From Girardia tigrina (Eukaryota): DNA of 64,000 nucleotides. Under the pieces are notes generated by a model that worked only from the letters and a program-made list of their open reading frames with translations, was not told the DNA's origin and searched no databases. The stretch is from assembly GCA_001938485.1 (NCBI GenBank), contig MQRK01185281.1, positions 1,691-65,690 on the forward strand. The letters run 5' to 3'. The translations under genes were made by a program, and so were the position numbers. Every line of letters begins with the position of its first letter. Position 1 is the stretch's first letter. Shown here in pieces: positions 25,554 to 39,916 of the stretch.

Positions 25554-25655
25554 CAGTAGGTATTGCCTATATGCAATTCGTCTATGTGCTTCAGGAAAAA
25601 TTGCACATATGCAATAATTGCATATAGACGAATTGCATATAGGCAATACCTACTG
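25554..25655. mobile_element. 102-bp foldback MITE (Tc1/pogo type)
   Basis: ~36-bp near-perfect TIRs CAGTAGGTATTGCCTATATGCAATTCGTCTATRTGC, TA on both sides. Confidence 0.9.
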
Positions 25656-26321
25656 TACTATAAATATTTATTATATATACCAAAAATTCTTTATTTTGTC
25701 TATAAAAATACCAGAAAAAAAGCCAAAACAGAAAAGATGATTTTTTATACTTAATTATTCAACAAATTACAAAGATTTGTTTAAATGGTTATTTTTTCGG
25801 TGTTTCTTTAAAAATTGGAACAATGCCCATGATAATGTCCATAAATTATATTTTCAAACCATTTGTCGTTTTATTTCTTCTAAGGCTGGGTTCTTTCAAA
25901 TTTTCGTCTGGGTTCCATCCATCCTTGGTTCTGGAGAGCCACACACACTTTTTCTAGAAAAATATCCTCTGAGGCTCTTGGTCTCGTTGTCACACAAAGT
26001 TATGACAAATTAAAAGGATATTTGGAAAATTTGACGAATATATAAAACATAATAACAAATCGCGGTCGTTAGTTGTTAAAAAAACAGAGGCCCATTTACA
26101 AAGTAAACATCCCTTTTCGATTTCAGTCTATCCTTACGAAAAACTTATCCGAATTTAGATAACTCTTGAGAAGTTGAATTTCAGTTCTTAAAAATAAACA
26201 CTAAAGTAAGAACTTCATGGAGGAATAAGCGAAGGTTTATTTTTAGGTTTATTGGCATTTTACTAGGTAACGTATATGGCGGGAATCCAGCCTCCCTCTG
26301 TGAATCATAATATACCGCATA

Positions 26322-27005
26322 TACACTGACTTCCATAATTGTATACTTTTTTTCTATTTTTTACTAAATCGTGAATTACTTAGGGAGTATAAATGGGTTC
26401 ATAACTTTTAGATATTTGCCTGAAAGATAATTTTATGCTCTATAAGATGATATGTATGTTAAATTTTAAACTTTAATAATAACAAGTAGGCCTTTAAACG
26501 AAATTTTTAATAAAAGTATACAATTATGATCGCACAATTTCTTAATTTGAATAATTGGTTTTTTGTTTAAAGGGAACAATTAAATGTCAATATTAAAAAA
26601 TATATATGAAATTTAAATATTATAATATGGAATATTATGATTTTTTTTGTTTTTAATTTAATAATTATTACATTCATCTTTTTATATTTTAGAAATGACA
26701 AAATTGAGCAAACAAACGAAAGATTTATTGATGACTGATCTCAAATGTGGTTTTTCACTTGGTAAATTAGCATCAAAATATGGTATTAGTCGTGGAGCTG
26801 TAGAAAAAATTAAAAAATTGGAAAATATCAAAGAAAAAAACTTTTCAATTGGAAGACCTAGAATTCTTACATGCACCGATCAAAGACTTATAGTAAGAAA
26901 AATCAAAGATGGAATCTATGAAACAGCAACCGACGTAGTTAAAAATAATGTAGACATAAATGTGAGTCCTCAAACCATAAGAAGGGTTCTCCGTAGGGGT
27001 GGTCA
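26322..27005 (+). mobile_element. Tc1 element 5' fragment (paired-like HTH, GRPR)
   Basis: TA-CACTGAC start; LASKYGISRGAV..IGRPRILT..DQRLIVR...VSPQTIRRVLR, then abrupt junction into trinucleotide low-complexity DNA. Confidence 0.8.
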
Positions 27006-28707
27006 TCATCATTCCAACTTTAATGTGTCCTTCGATAAAAATAACAATAATAATAATAAGAAGAAGAAGAACAATCATACTTTTAACAAAAAAATAAGTA
27101 ACAAAAATCATGAAGTTTCCTCTGTTATTCTAAGAATTTGCTCCTATTTTTACTAATGATATATGGAAAATGAAACTCGTCAAAACTCAAAAAATGTCGG
27201 GCAATTTTAAAATTTTCATTCCAAATGAAAATTGTGGAAAGGAAAATGTGAACAAGTAACTAATTATTTATTTCTGAGGACCGCTCTTATTCCGTGGTCA
27301 AACACTTGGCCAAGAAATTGGCTTTTCAAGTGCTCACGTTGGTCAGGAACAGCAATTAAATCTGCATCAAAGAATGGCTGAAGCGCCCGGTCAAATTACT
27401 TTCTTAATAATTTATTAATCTCGAATATAAATTTGAACTACTCTTGACGAAATCTCTCATAAATTACGCCTCTTCCTCGTCGGTTTTTACATTTTTTAAG
27501 TAAGTGTTTTAAATAAATAAATTTTAAGAGACATTCTTCTTAGATCATTAACTGCGGCCCTGAAGAATATTTTTGAAACATGCAGTACCCAGCAACAGAG
27601 ATGAAACGAACTGGCTAGAGGCAGAATATGGGCAGCTAAACTCATGACAAAGTAAGAGTCTTCAGATTTGAAGAAACGGCAAAATATAATTTCGGCTTAA
27701 GAAAAACAAATTGCTTTCTTTCGAAATAAATATGCTTACTTATTCTTTTGACAGAAGAGTTACAAATGTGAGGAAGGAAGAGGGTTTAAAAAATCAAATG
27801 ACTTAAAAAGAATATCTCTTAGAAACTTTCATTTGTCGTTGTTAATGTGTGTATAACTATTTAGTAAATAAATGTGTTAGTATATAAATATTTATACAAA
27901 AAATTACAATAAATTTATTTATTTAATTAAATTATATTATAATATTGTAAAAATAATATAAATTTAATGGCAGTACAATTCAACGGATCAACCATTGAAT
28001 AATATATGGTTTTTCGATCAAATCCATGGTCGTTGCAATCAATTTCGTAATCATTAAAATATGTTTTTATGCAACATTTTTAAACTAAATTATAACTAGT
28101 AAATCACAAAATTAAAATTTTTATATCCATTCATTATGCAGACAAATCTCTACATTGCTAACAAAGTTTTTAAAATTTAAAAATTCTTCACTTCTGGTTG
28201 TGTAGTAAGAATTGAGTCTCATCCATTTAAAAACATGAGTATTCTGTTTGATAAGATAGATTTGATTCAAGTTACAAGCAGCAGTTCTGTGAATCTCTAC
28301 TGATAAGAACCACTACAATAAGTCATTACTTAACATTCAGAATGAAAAAAGAAAGCCCGTACCATACCCTGAAATAACTAAAAATTAACCTCATCGACCA
28401 ATAATACTTAAAATAATTATAATTTATTTTTGTTTTATAAATGAAATTTATAAACTAATTTTTTGAGATTCACCATTTATAATTGTAAGAGTATCATGTC
28501 AGTAAATTTAGATGTTCCCAGGGGTCCTCTTTCATGGGTCGTTGTCCCCCAGAGATTTGTTCATTTAATTATGTCTGACATGTGTCTTGATTAGAAACTT
28601 TATTTATATTTATTTTTGACTCATTAACTGAAATTTCGTTTCAACTTTTGTGTCTAATCAAATATTTCATTGTGTCTAATTAAGCGCAATAAAACAAGAA
28701 TAAATAT

Positions 28708-29230
28708 TGTGAGGAATATTTTAAATTGTATGAATGCGTGAATGTATTGATGTTGTATGTGGATTTGAGTATCTTGAAATTAGAATGGTGATGATCCACG
28801 CAGATGGAAATGGTATTTATTGTATTGAAAGTGATTGACTACTCGAACATAATTAAAAAAATCATTTGATAAGTTTATATTTTTAAATTAATAATTAAAA
28901 TTAAGTTTAATATTTTTTTAAAAACAAAACGAAAAGTATTTAATTAGATTTAAATTTAATTCATTTTTAAAAATTTTAGAGATTTTTTATTATTCTGAGT
29001 TTTTATTCAGAAATGTTTAAAATTATTATTTTAAATTAATGTTTTTAGAAATTAAATATTTTGAAAAGTATTAGAAAAATTGTTCGAATCATTATGATTA
29101 AAAATAGAAATTTAAAAACCAATTAGAGCAATGTCAAACAGTGAAAGATCTTGCGGGAGTTGTGATGACTCTAAATGTGATAATAATAAAAATGCTAATG
29201 AAAATTGTCTCAATGTTCTTAACATATATT
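28708..29230 (+). repeat. TG-terminal dispersed repeat, copy C
   Basis: Starts TGTGAGGAATATTTT; alignable by eye over ~510 bp with 61471-61985; ORF MSNSERSCGSC at 29131. Confidence 0.85.
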
Positions 29231-29429
29231 ATAAATTTCAGATTTATGAGAAAGGTTCTTGCGTTTTAAATACCATTTACTTACGCTTTCCAACACTGCT
29301 TCTACTATGGAGAAATCTGAAATCTTTTTGTGATCAATCATGAAAGAAAGCCTTTACAAAATAATTGTTCATTATTCTTAATAGATTGCCCAATATTATT
29401 GCAATAAATTATTACAATTCCCTACTCAG

Positions 29430-29820
29430 AATGTCAAGAAAATAAAGAGAAACAGTCACCCAAGATTTGAGAGATCTTGTTGTTTCCATGTTCAACTCGA
29501 GAAAATATAATCAAAAACCAGTTGCCCATGCTTTCGCTGTCCATCGAACAACGGTTTTAAAAAACGTTGCAGATAATGAATCAAATGTACCATTTGTTTT
29601 AAGCAGTGAAAAGAATATCTACATGCCAGCAAAGAAACTGTATCAACTCCGAAGGTGAGCAATATATTTTTAATGCTGTTAAAGTAAATAATGCCATGAT
29701 TCAAGAAGAACTCTTAGAGAATCTATTGGACAATACCAATAATGCCATGATTCAAGAAGAACTCTAAGAGAATCTATTGGACATAATACATTTCAACATA
29801 GCCGACCATTTTCTACATCC
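29430..29820 (+). mobile_element. IS630/Tc1-like HTH fragment with a 51-bp-period tandem duplication
   Basis: LRDLVVSMFN..YNQKPVAHAFAVHRTTV HTH-like; duplicated 46-mer at 29687 and 29738. Confidence 0.5.
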
Positions 29821-29922
29821 TCTTTTAATACTAGGCATGTACCGGTTTCCTTTTTTGAAATCCGGCCGGTGCCGGAGCCGGAGTCAGAATTTTTTTCAAA
29901 TATATATTAATTTATATTTATA

Positions 29923-29964
<42 letters not shown>

Positions 29965-30124
29965 CTCGATCTACAATATCCAGAAAATTTAAGAAAATCG
30001 AAATTACTAGAAAACGTTGACTTTTTGGTTCCTGTTAGGAGTTTTGTTGAGTTCATAAGATTCTTCAATTTAAATTCTGATCAAATTACTAATTAAACAA
30101 TTACATTTCGTAAAATATAGCTAT

Positions 30125-31595
30125 ACTACCCAAATTCATATGTATTCGGACACGTAAAATAATTCTTATTAAAAATTTAAAATTATAAATAATATGTACT
30201 TATTTGTATTATATATGAATTAATTTGATATTTTACGATAATCTAAATACCATTCTAAAATAATTTGAAGAAATCGAATAAAAAAATTAACTAATAAAAA
30301 TTTTATTCGCATTTAAAAATTTGTTCTCAAATTCAAAAGAATTCGGCTACCTATTTAAAATATTGTAACATCACCCTTTCCTTTTATGACATCTTCCATT
30401 CTTCTATTCATTGAATTGTATAAATCCTGACATTTATCAATGGGAAAACTATTCCATATTGCTAAAATTTTATTCTTCAAATCAATTTTATTTTTAGGAC
30501 GTTTTTTTGCAATTCTTTTTCATAATTGCCCAAACATTCTCTATGGGATTTAAACCTGGGCTTTCTGAAGGCCATGTCTAGAAGGACATATTATTTTTCA
30601 TCATCTAAGTTTTTGTAAATTTAGAAGTATGACAAGATGCTCCATCTTGTTGAAAAATGAAATCTCCATTGTCAAAATATTGTCAAATGAGACTTTCCGT
30701 GAATATCACGGTATACTTTGTAGAGTTCATTGTGCCCTCTATAAAGTGCAGACTGCCAAGTCCTTTGCTTGTCATACAACCCGAAATCATTACACTGGAA
30801 ATTTCAGAGTTCGGTTTAAACAGTCCGATAATAATGACTCGGTACTAAGTCTTAAGACCGATTTTCCATTTTCTCCCATAGACAATTCAAAACGAGATTC
30901 GTCTGAAAAAATAACTTTATTCCAATCATTTTGGCTCGATTTACTATGATTAAGAGCCCATTCAAGTCTCTTTTTCTTTTGAATAGGTGACAGAAATGGT
31001 TTGTTTTTAGCCTTAAAGAAATATTACGCAATGCTTATATTTCATTAAGAAAATCTAACCTTGTAGAATGAATAATTTAATTCATGTATTCGACGTAGAC
31101 AAGTGAACGGAGAAGAAGGCATTTGCCTGTTTGCATACTCCATTTCTCGTTGATTTCTTGAACAGTAGCACGACGATATTGAGGAATTAACCTCTTCAAA
31201 CGCCGGTTATCAGTAGCGGAAGTCAACTTTGGTCGTCCAGATTTCTTTGGCGATGAGTTATTCTGCAGTATTTAGCTTTTTTAATGTGATCGAACACCGT
31301 CGATTTACTTATCTCTAAACTTTTTGAAATTTCCCTAACTGATTTTCCTTTAACATGCATGGCAAATATTTTCTCATGCATTTCCTTATGCATCTTTTTT
31401 CCACGAACCATATTTTAAAAATAACGAAAATTTAATCGACTGAAATATTTAAACAATAATAACTACATGTGTTTTTACTAATAATCCATATTTAATTTGA
31501 AATAATTCATTGCCTACATTTATATTATAATTTTTATTAAGTGTCCGAATTCTTTTGAATTGAAAAGCAGATGTCTGAATTATTTTGGATTTGAG
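30125..31595 (-). mobile_element. Decayed Tc1 (DD34E) element, near full length
   Basis: GKSVREISKSLEISKSTV, KPFLS..KKRLEWA, WNKVIFSDESRF, FQQDGASCHTS, WPSESPGLNPIENVW; ATTCGGACAC / GTGTCCGAAT terminal repeats. Confidence 0.9.
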
Positions 31596-31599
31596 AACA

Positions 31600-32954
31600 A
31601 ATTTTTAAATTGCTATTTGCGAGAACTTTGGCAACCGATACTAAAGGTGAATCAATCTTTCATGTTTTGAAGGATTACTTCATGGACAAAGTAATTCCTT
31701 TATCAAATATAATATCAGTAGCTACAGATGGAGCACCTGCCATGGTTGGGCGTTATCGTGGCTTTATAAGGTTTTTAAAAGAAAACGTACCCGTAGTTTT
31801 AACTGGACACTGTTCCATCCATAGACAACATTTAGTTGCTAAAAATTTGAATGTAAGATTGCATGAATCTCTCCAATTTGTCATTGATGCATTGAACCAA
31901 ATTCGAAACAATGCGTTGAATATGCGGTTATTTGCGCAGTTGTGTGAAGAAAATGACGAGAACTTCTACCAATTACTTCTTCACACAAGTGCGCTGGCTG
32001 TTGAAAGGCTTTTGCTTAACAAGATATTTTACACTATTTGAAACTATTATGGAGTTTCTCGATGGTAAAGATGAAAATTTGAAAGAAAATTTATTGAAGA
32101 GAAAAACAGACATTGCTTATTTGACAGATTTGCTTGCTAAATTTGATATGGTGAACTTGCAGCTGCAAAGTGACAGTTTAAACTTGATTAAAACAAAGTC
32201 GATTATTTCATCGTTTCTTGTCAGAATTAAACTGATGAATCAAAACATTGGACGGTGCAAATTTTCCCTGTTCCCCAATTTGTCCCAGGTTAACTTCCAA
32301 TCTATGTCCAACATTTGACAAAACTCCATTCAGATTTTGAAAATAGATTTGCGGATATTTTGACGTCGATAATACCGCAATGGATTATCAATCCATATGG
32401 TGACATTGAAGAATGGATGTCCCATTACAAGAGGAATTGATTGGAATAAGTACTAACGAAGAACTTAAAGTACAGAATCGGATATCAACATTTCTAGCTT
32501 CAAAAAGACATACCTATTACTTATCACGTATTATGGAATATTGCGAGAAAGATTTTAATTGCTTTTCCGTCCTCATATCTAGTGGAAAGAGGTTTCAGCG
32601 CAGTGAAAAATCTCATTACAAAAAAAGAAACAAACTGGACATCATTAACCGAGGAGATTTGAGATTAGATCTAACTAAATTGAAGCCGAATGTTGATAAT
32701 TTGTTATTAAATCATCAAGTTCATCCTCTCATTAAATGAATATATTTCTTTTTATGTAACAGATACTATAATATTTTAATTTAAATTTAATTAATAATTA
32801 TATAAAAATGTTTTGTTTTGTTTTTGCTTTTTCCCATAATAGGAACTTTATTACTGTTGAAATTTAAATCTTTTATAGTGTATGACAAGGGGTCTACCCA
32901 AAACCGAAAAACATGGCAAGGGGTCTACGAGAGAACAAAGTTTAGGAACCTCTG
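31600..32954 (+). mobile_element. hAT Charlie/Buster (ZBED8/SCAND3-like) transposon 3' part, frameshifted
   Basis: ATDGAPAMVGR, HCSIHRQHL, VRWL, IAYLTDL, FPSSYLVERGFS, RGDLRL; 3' TIR GTTTAGGAACCTCTG. Confidence 0.9.
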
Positions 32955-32999
32955 ATCTAAGCAAAATTTCAGACAATACATGTATATACACGAGAGACC

Positions 33000-33500
33000 T
33001 GTTGAAGATTGTTCTGATTATTCTTAACAATGCAACAACTTCTATAAAAATATAAGTGGGGATGGAAAAAAGCTAGGAAAGGAGGAAATTTTTTAATTAA
33101 AAATATTCTTTTAATGTTTTTTCAAGGGGTTCAAGAATGGGGAGTTCGACGGTAAAAGAACAATTTACATATGGTTAAGGGTAAATATGCTACTATGGAT
33201 TAATGCATTATCATGACTTAGATAATATCTTGTCGGAGGTAGGCACTAGATGAGCTCAGAGATAAATCTCTGATACGTTTCTATGTTCACTGAACCACTT
33301 AGAACAGTAAAATATTGGGGTCCTTTTATCGAAATGAACATAATTAAGGAATGAATTTTTCCTTTGTTTATTTGAATAACGGAATGAATTCTTACTCCCT
33401 TTCTTGAGCGTCCTGTTGTTTTTTGAGTTCAAAAATTGAAACCCATCTCGTCAATAAAGATGATTTTGTTTAATATCTACATTTTTGAAATATACAGGAA
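33000..33500 (-). mobile_element. IS630/Tc1-like DDE_3 transposase remnant
   Basis: IIFIDEMGFN...GRSRKG and a degenerate PPYSPFLNP-like segment. Confidence 0.55.
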
Positions 33501-35584
33501 AATTTTTGTTTTGAAACTTGAAATGGGAAACTTTTGAAATCGGATATTTGGCAACCCTAACTCAACCAGATTTTCTAAACTGTAACCCGAACCGAACCCG
33601 ACCCGACCCGAATTAACAAATCAATTCCGGGATGGGTTGTAAAAATAAATAATTATAAAAAAAGTTTTTTACATAAATTAGTTTAAATTAGGAATGCAAG
33701 AAATATACATAACAGATCAAAAGAAGAAGTGGACGACTTAAACTGGCTGATCCTGTGTTTTATTTGCAGTCAACTCTTTTCCAATGAATCAAGGAAGCCC
33801 TTTAGATATTAGGAATATTATAGGAAAGAGTAAAAAAGATCTTTAAAATGTTTAACCTAGGAGAACTAGAAAGCTATCGACTCTAATTACGTTAAACATC
33901 CTCAACATTCCCAACGTGATCTAAGCCAACAGACTCAACTTATTCTCAATAAGGCGATTGCTCACTTTAGGAAACTCAGAATAAATAATGAACCAAAAAA
34001 CCATTCGCCATAAAATGCGTGCTCAAATTCTTTTTCAACGATTCTAATTCTGATTTCCATTCAATTTTAATTATCTTCGTGCATCGCCGGAATAATGAGT
34101 TTTATCAATCCGATTTCTATTAAATATTCATCACTCTTTGACGTCGTTTTGAGAACAATCAGAGCAACTATTTTACTTGTCCTTCGGGACAACCTCTTCC
34201 CAATTAGGGCCGATGTAATTTCAAACTTAAATGAAATCCAAATTTTCAGGAATTGAAAAATTTTATTAAATTTGAAATCACTTTTTCTTTTAATTTTAAT
34301 TATTTCATAAAAAAATATGAATAAAAAAATTATATGAATTAATTCCCAAAAGATTTCGACGCTCCCAAACGAATAAATAAATAATGAACAGTCGTAGGCG
34401 CGGAAATCTCTTCTAATTAAATAATTTTATTAAAAACATTCTAAATTATTATATTTTTTATATTTTAAATTATATAAGTTTTTAATTTATTTTTATATTT
34501 TTTTTAAATATTTTAAAAATTTTAATATTAAAATTTAAATAAAAAAATATAAAAATTAAATAATTAAATATTTGAAAAAAATATTAAAAAATTATTTCAA
34601 AAAAAATTTATTTTATATTTGAAAGATTTTTATGTGACTTCGTGAAATAAATTTTATAATTTTGGCAAATAAAAAATAATAAATAAATAACAGTAAAAAA
34701 ATATTATTTTATTATCAACATTATTATTACTCGAGATGAGCAGTTTACAAACTGATGTGGTTCAATCACTGTAAAATTGAAGTTATTTTCTGTCTGGAAC
34801 TTTGAGATTTATTGCAATATCTTATAATTATTTTCGTAAATTATTTTATAAATATTCTACAGTTATATAATCATTAATAATAATTAATAATATTTATCAG
34901 AAAATTTTAAGTGATTGACCAAACCTGAGGTGTTTCGGATTTTTTAAAATAAATTTTAAATAAATAATCCTGCTCTCTCCTTGCCCAAGAGACAATTTGT
35001 CGTTTGAAAAACTTTATCGCTTCTGTCATGTTCGTTGAGATTATCCCTTATCTACTTTATCGCTGAATTGTTTTTGGCTTATACAGAGAAGATATGATGT
35101 ATAATAATACGAAATAAATTAAATTAAAGACAAATTAATAATAATAATTTAAATTTTAATATTTTGGATTAAAATCCCGAACAAAGACTTCTCGGTTTGC
35201 GATTGTAACAGTCATTATTAATGAGTCATGTTCTGGATTCAAATTGTTGTTTATACCCATTGATCCTCTCTCACTCTCTCTCCTCTTGAAAAGAAAGAAA
35301 CTCAATTTGAATGACAATCTTTGTTCGCTGTGATTTATTTTTTGATTCTAATGTAGATAAATAAGATATATAATAAATGAAATAATTAAATAAAGTTAAA
35401 TAAAAAAGAAAAGAAATAAAAAATATGATTAAATTTTAATCAAATAAAAAATCGATTTGTTAATAAAATTAATTTTTTTGTTGATTTAGAATGATTTATT
35501 GAGGAAATAATTCTTGTTTAAATTTGTCGTGTAAATAACCGGTTTCGATTTTGTAACGAACGAACTTTATTATTATTTTATCTG

Positions 35585-35824
35585 ATGATAATTTCCGGAA
35601 ATAAACGCTTAATATTGGGTGTATTTATTTTAATTTTGGTTAACGTAATTTGGGTCTTATCGTCAGAACGGACAAATTATATATTTGTGACAGAAAATTA
35701 TAGTAAACCACTTCTATCAAAATATCTTAAAAGCTAAATTTTCACGTTATTCCTCTTGGGATTTGCCGTCAGTTCAAACTGGCGAAAATCGGCATGTTCT
35801 CAAAAATATAATTCTCCTGGATAA
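35585..35824 (+). pseudogene. SLC35F5: SLC35F5-like transporter, N-terminal exon fragment with in-frame stop
   Basis: KRLILGVFILILVNVIWVLSSERTNYIF..NYSKPLLSKYLKS*IFTLFLLGF..W resembles SLC35F5 TM1-TM2 ([26 protein letters not shown]); TAA at 35735-35737. Confidence 0.75.
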
Positions 35825-36010
35825 TTTCAGATTAACAATTCTGAACCGACAGATAAGAATAAATATAAGAATAGACCTTACTTTTATTCACACTTACCTG
35901 GTGTTTGCACTTACCTGGTATATTGAATTAAAGTGTAGAGCATTGCTGTTTCGGGATTTCGGTTCCGGAGACCTTGCTCTACTTGGTCCCCAAGTCTTAC
36001 AGTGACTCTA

Positions 36011-36559
36011 NNNNNNNNNNNNNNNNNNNNNNNNNNNNNNNNNNNNNNNNNNNNNNNNNNNNNNNNNNNNNNNNNNNNNNNNNNNNNNNNNNNNNNNNNN
36101 NNNNNNNNNNNNNNNNNNNNNNNNNNNNNNNNNNNNNNNNNNNNNNNNNNNNNNNNNNNNNNNNNNNNNNNNNNNNNNNNNNNNNNNNNNNNNNNNNNNN
36201 NNNNNNNNNNNNNNNNNNNNNNNNNNNNNNNNNNNNNNNNNNNNNNNNNNNNNNNNNNNNNNNNNNNNNNNNNNNNNNNNNNNNNNNNNNNNNNNNNNNN
36301 NNNNNNNNNNNNNNNNNNNNNNNNNNNNNNNNNNNNNNNNNNNNNNNNNNNNNNNNNNNNNNNNNNNNNNNNNNNNNNNNNNNNNNNNNNNNNNNNNNNN
36401 NNNNNNNNNNNNNNNNNNNNNNNNNNNNNNNNNNNNNNNNNNNNNNNNNNNNNNNNNNNNNNNNNNNNNNNNNNNNNNNNNNNNNNNNNNNNNNNNNNNN
36501 NNNNNNNNNNNNNNNNNNNNNNNNNNNNNNNNNNNNNNNNNNNNNNNNNNNNNNNNNNN
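36011..36559. other. Assembly gap
   Basis: Run of N. Confidence 1.
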
Positions 36560-38709
36560 CTTTTTGGGATCGCTTTCAGTGGGTATCTGTGTCGACGGGA
36601 CGTGACGAACGGGCGGGCTTGGTAATGAATCGAATTGGCTCCAGGCGTTCAACCTCTTCGCTGCCGACAGTCATCAGCCTCTGCTCGCCGAACTCTATTT
36701 CGGCCTTGGGCTATCTTTGGCTGCTCTGAACTCCGGCTATTCTGAAGACCTTGCATTCGTGGATCCCCCAGTGGTCATCAAGGTGGCGCAGGTGATTCTG
36801 AGGACAAACCAGCCGAATCAGACTAAAGTCCTGCTGTGCAGGCAATTGTAAAACCCTTTGTTTTGTAATAAATTTTTGTCTATCCGATATAAGTTAAAGT
36901 CAATTTTGAGTTATCAGAAGAGAAAGAAAATATTAGACAAATGGCGGTCATCATCGAGACCGCTCCAAATCATAGCCAAATGCCGTATTTTTTCCCTCAT
37001 CAGAATGACTCGAGTCGAGTGCGCTCATGATGATCTTTATAAATAAATTCTTTTATGAATGGACCCAGCATATTGATACCGAGATCGAGCCTTTATTCGA
37101 TAATCATTGCGCGAACTGCTATCACCGTGCGATTTTCGGGCATCTCGGGGATAATTGTGAGTGTGTGCGGTGTCAAAATGACTCATTCTGATTGGTTGAC
37201 CAATCACAGCGAACTTAGGAAAAAAAATTATTTTTGATGATTGCTAAAAATCATTTTAAATGAGATTCAAAAATTACGATTATCCATTTTTTAATTTTTT
37301 TGTGGCAAATTACGATTATTTTATTTGAAATTTTGTCGGACTTGTTAATTTACAAATTTGAATCATTGCTAGTTTTCCATGTTGTGGTGCTCCGGTCAAA
37401 CGACCGAAATAAGAAAACTGATTTTTTGAGTTTAAATTAACTTATGTATGGACACAAAATTTGAATTCGATTTGTGAATTATACAAAATAAATGGTTGTT
37501 TCTTGTCACAAATTTTACATTATTCTTTTTTTAATTCGAATTAAAAATATGAAAGCGATCCGCATCGGTCGAACTTGACCGGCCGTACCGAACACCGCGC
37601 CGTTTGACACATCTTGGCAGTGCTCGGCGGAGCTCTGCGACCGCATCAATACAACATCTGGGTCGCGGATTGAAGAACCGACGAGACAATCTGTCGCTTC
37701 AATAGGATCTGGCGGTCACTGGGCGGATAACACGATACTTGAAGCCACGGCCGACCGAATGGGTGTTTCTTACTCGACAAGGCGTCTGATGGGAGAAACT
37801 CGGTCCGACCGGTTACCAGCGTCCACCAAACTAGCCGATCAATCCCATCATCCGGCATCTTCCCGCACAATTAAGAGGTACTTGTCGCTGCTACTCTGTC
37901 AGGCAGTCGACACCTCACATGTGCTTGCGAAGAAAAGCGTAGATATAACAATTCCATAAGTTTCTTCCCAGAGGGGAATTATGTCAAAGCAAATTACATG
38001 TCTGTGAATTAATATAAATGTGTAATCAAACTTATGTGTGGAAGATAATCACAGATCCTCTGAGCTCGATTAATTGCTTTGGCGACTTCTTATTCATGTA
38101 AAGGTCATTTTAGAAATATAATCCTAAATAAATAACATTTAAAACGATAGATTAATCGAAAAATAATTGGAATGACCAACAAAGTAACAAATCCTCATTG
38201 GAAAAAAATATTGCAATTTTAGAGTTTCGTCGGCTGAATTTTCAAAGACATTTTGGAAACCATTTTTACGTCGTCGACTGATTGATATTTACAGAACAAA
38301 AATAAAGCCAATTATCCTATTCATATCGTGTACAGGCTAAAATAAGAATAAAATCATAAATAATTTACCAAATTATTGTACGTTAATTAATTCATTTAAT
38401 TTCCAAATTAAGTAAAAACAAGCTAATTCCATTCTAATTAACAGCAAACATTAACAAATCTGTTAATTATCATTTTGGAAAGGAAAGATTTAATCAATCG
38501 TTTCGTATTTTATGTAAGGTGACGGAGCCAAACAATAAAAATATCAATTGACCACAAAGCAATAATCAGTCTCTGAGACGAATCACTTCACTCTCAATGC
38601 GATTCACTCAATTCTAACTTAAATAAAATCTTAAACATATTAAATTTCATTCATGTAAACAAACTAAAACGACACTGATCAAAAGCATTTATGAGACACC
38701 TGTGTATTG

Positions 38710-39010
38710 CAGAGGTGCGCAACCTGAGGCCGAGTGAGGAACGTTGTGCGGCTGTGGAGAAGTGTATGAATTTAATCATAAAATTAAATTTTTAAACATT
38801 AAATTTTGATGTATAAAGCGGTCATATATTTCAAATGTTTGTGCAGTCTCATGGCTAATGGTGTGCAAAAGCGTCTTGTCTATGTCTACTCCCACATTTT
38901 GGGTAAGTCGGCTACACATGGCCAATAATCGCTTCGAAATTCATGCGACCGTGGTACCAGAAGACTTATTGCTTTGTGGCCATCAACGACAAAATGTTTG
39001 CGCACCCCTG
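38710..39010. mobile_element. hAT-Charlie-type MITE, 301 bp
   Basis: TIRs CAGAGGTGCGCAAC / TTTGCGCACCCCTG; perfect 8-bp TSD GTGTATTG (38702-38709, 39011-39018). Confidence 0.92.
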
Positions 39011-39916
39011 GTGTATTGTCTCAACTGTACACTCCAGGTTTACGCATAGAATAAGACCACAATCGGTCAATGCTACACAATCACTGACAAACGAAATACA
39101 TTTTATTCTCAATTTCATTTCTAAATTAAACTCGTTATATTTTGGGTTTATTCGTGTATGAATACAATACAAGTCTATAAATTTTGTTTTCGATATTTTA
39201 TATAGATACGTGTATATATTGAGAGCCTTTATATTTATCACTTGCTCTCGAGAGAGGGGGTCACTGTCCTGTTTTAACACCCTAATTTTTCATAGTAACG
39301 TTCTTTTCTTTGATTTAATAGATTAACAATAAATAAATTAAATAAAGATTGACCCCCTCTTCAAGAATATGAATTCACATAGTCATTATTTAAAGATGGA
39401 ATTTTAGAATTTCTAAATGTCCATTTTCTTCTTATATCCTCTCGTACTTTTAGCGAAATCTCTCATTTAAATAATTCAGAAAGAAAAAGTATTTGGAGGA
39501 GGAAGAAGAGCGATTTGAGTCCCACTAGTTACAGACGTAAATCATTTTTACTTCTCGACCATTTGACTAAATTACGGCGGTAGAGAAATAGTAAAAACTA
39601 AAACATGTTTTTCTTTTAATCCAGGAAATATAATCTCATATGATTTTGCAAAACATTCAGTCACGCATTGTTGTAAGAACACAAACTTTTAAAGAAGGAA
39701 ATAATTTTCCTGGATTGACTTTCCTGTCGCTACTTAGCTAACGTGTTTTCAATAGCAATAAATAATCCGGCTGCTGAAAGATTATTGAACAATTGTTTTT
39801 TTCTGGTTGAAGTAATTCCATCGTTTAACATTCATTCTTGTAACATTGACAGGGAAGAAGGCTCGTGTCAGACATTATGACGTACAGTAAGTGGGTGAAG
39901 AAGACGATGGAGCATA

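Noticed and set aside
26695-27156. Domesticated HTH protein with a low-complexity tail
   Set aside because: Truncated Tc1 reading into microsatellite-like DNA; no sign of function
35974-36729. Three ORFs of >200 aa
   Set aside because: Mostly X residues from the assembly gap
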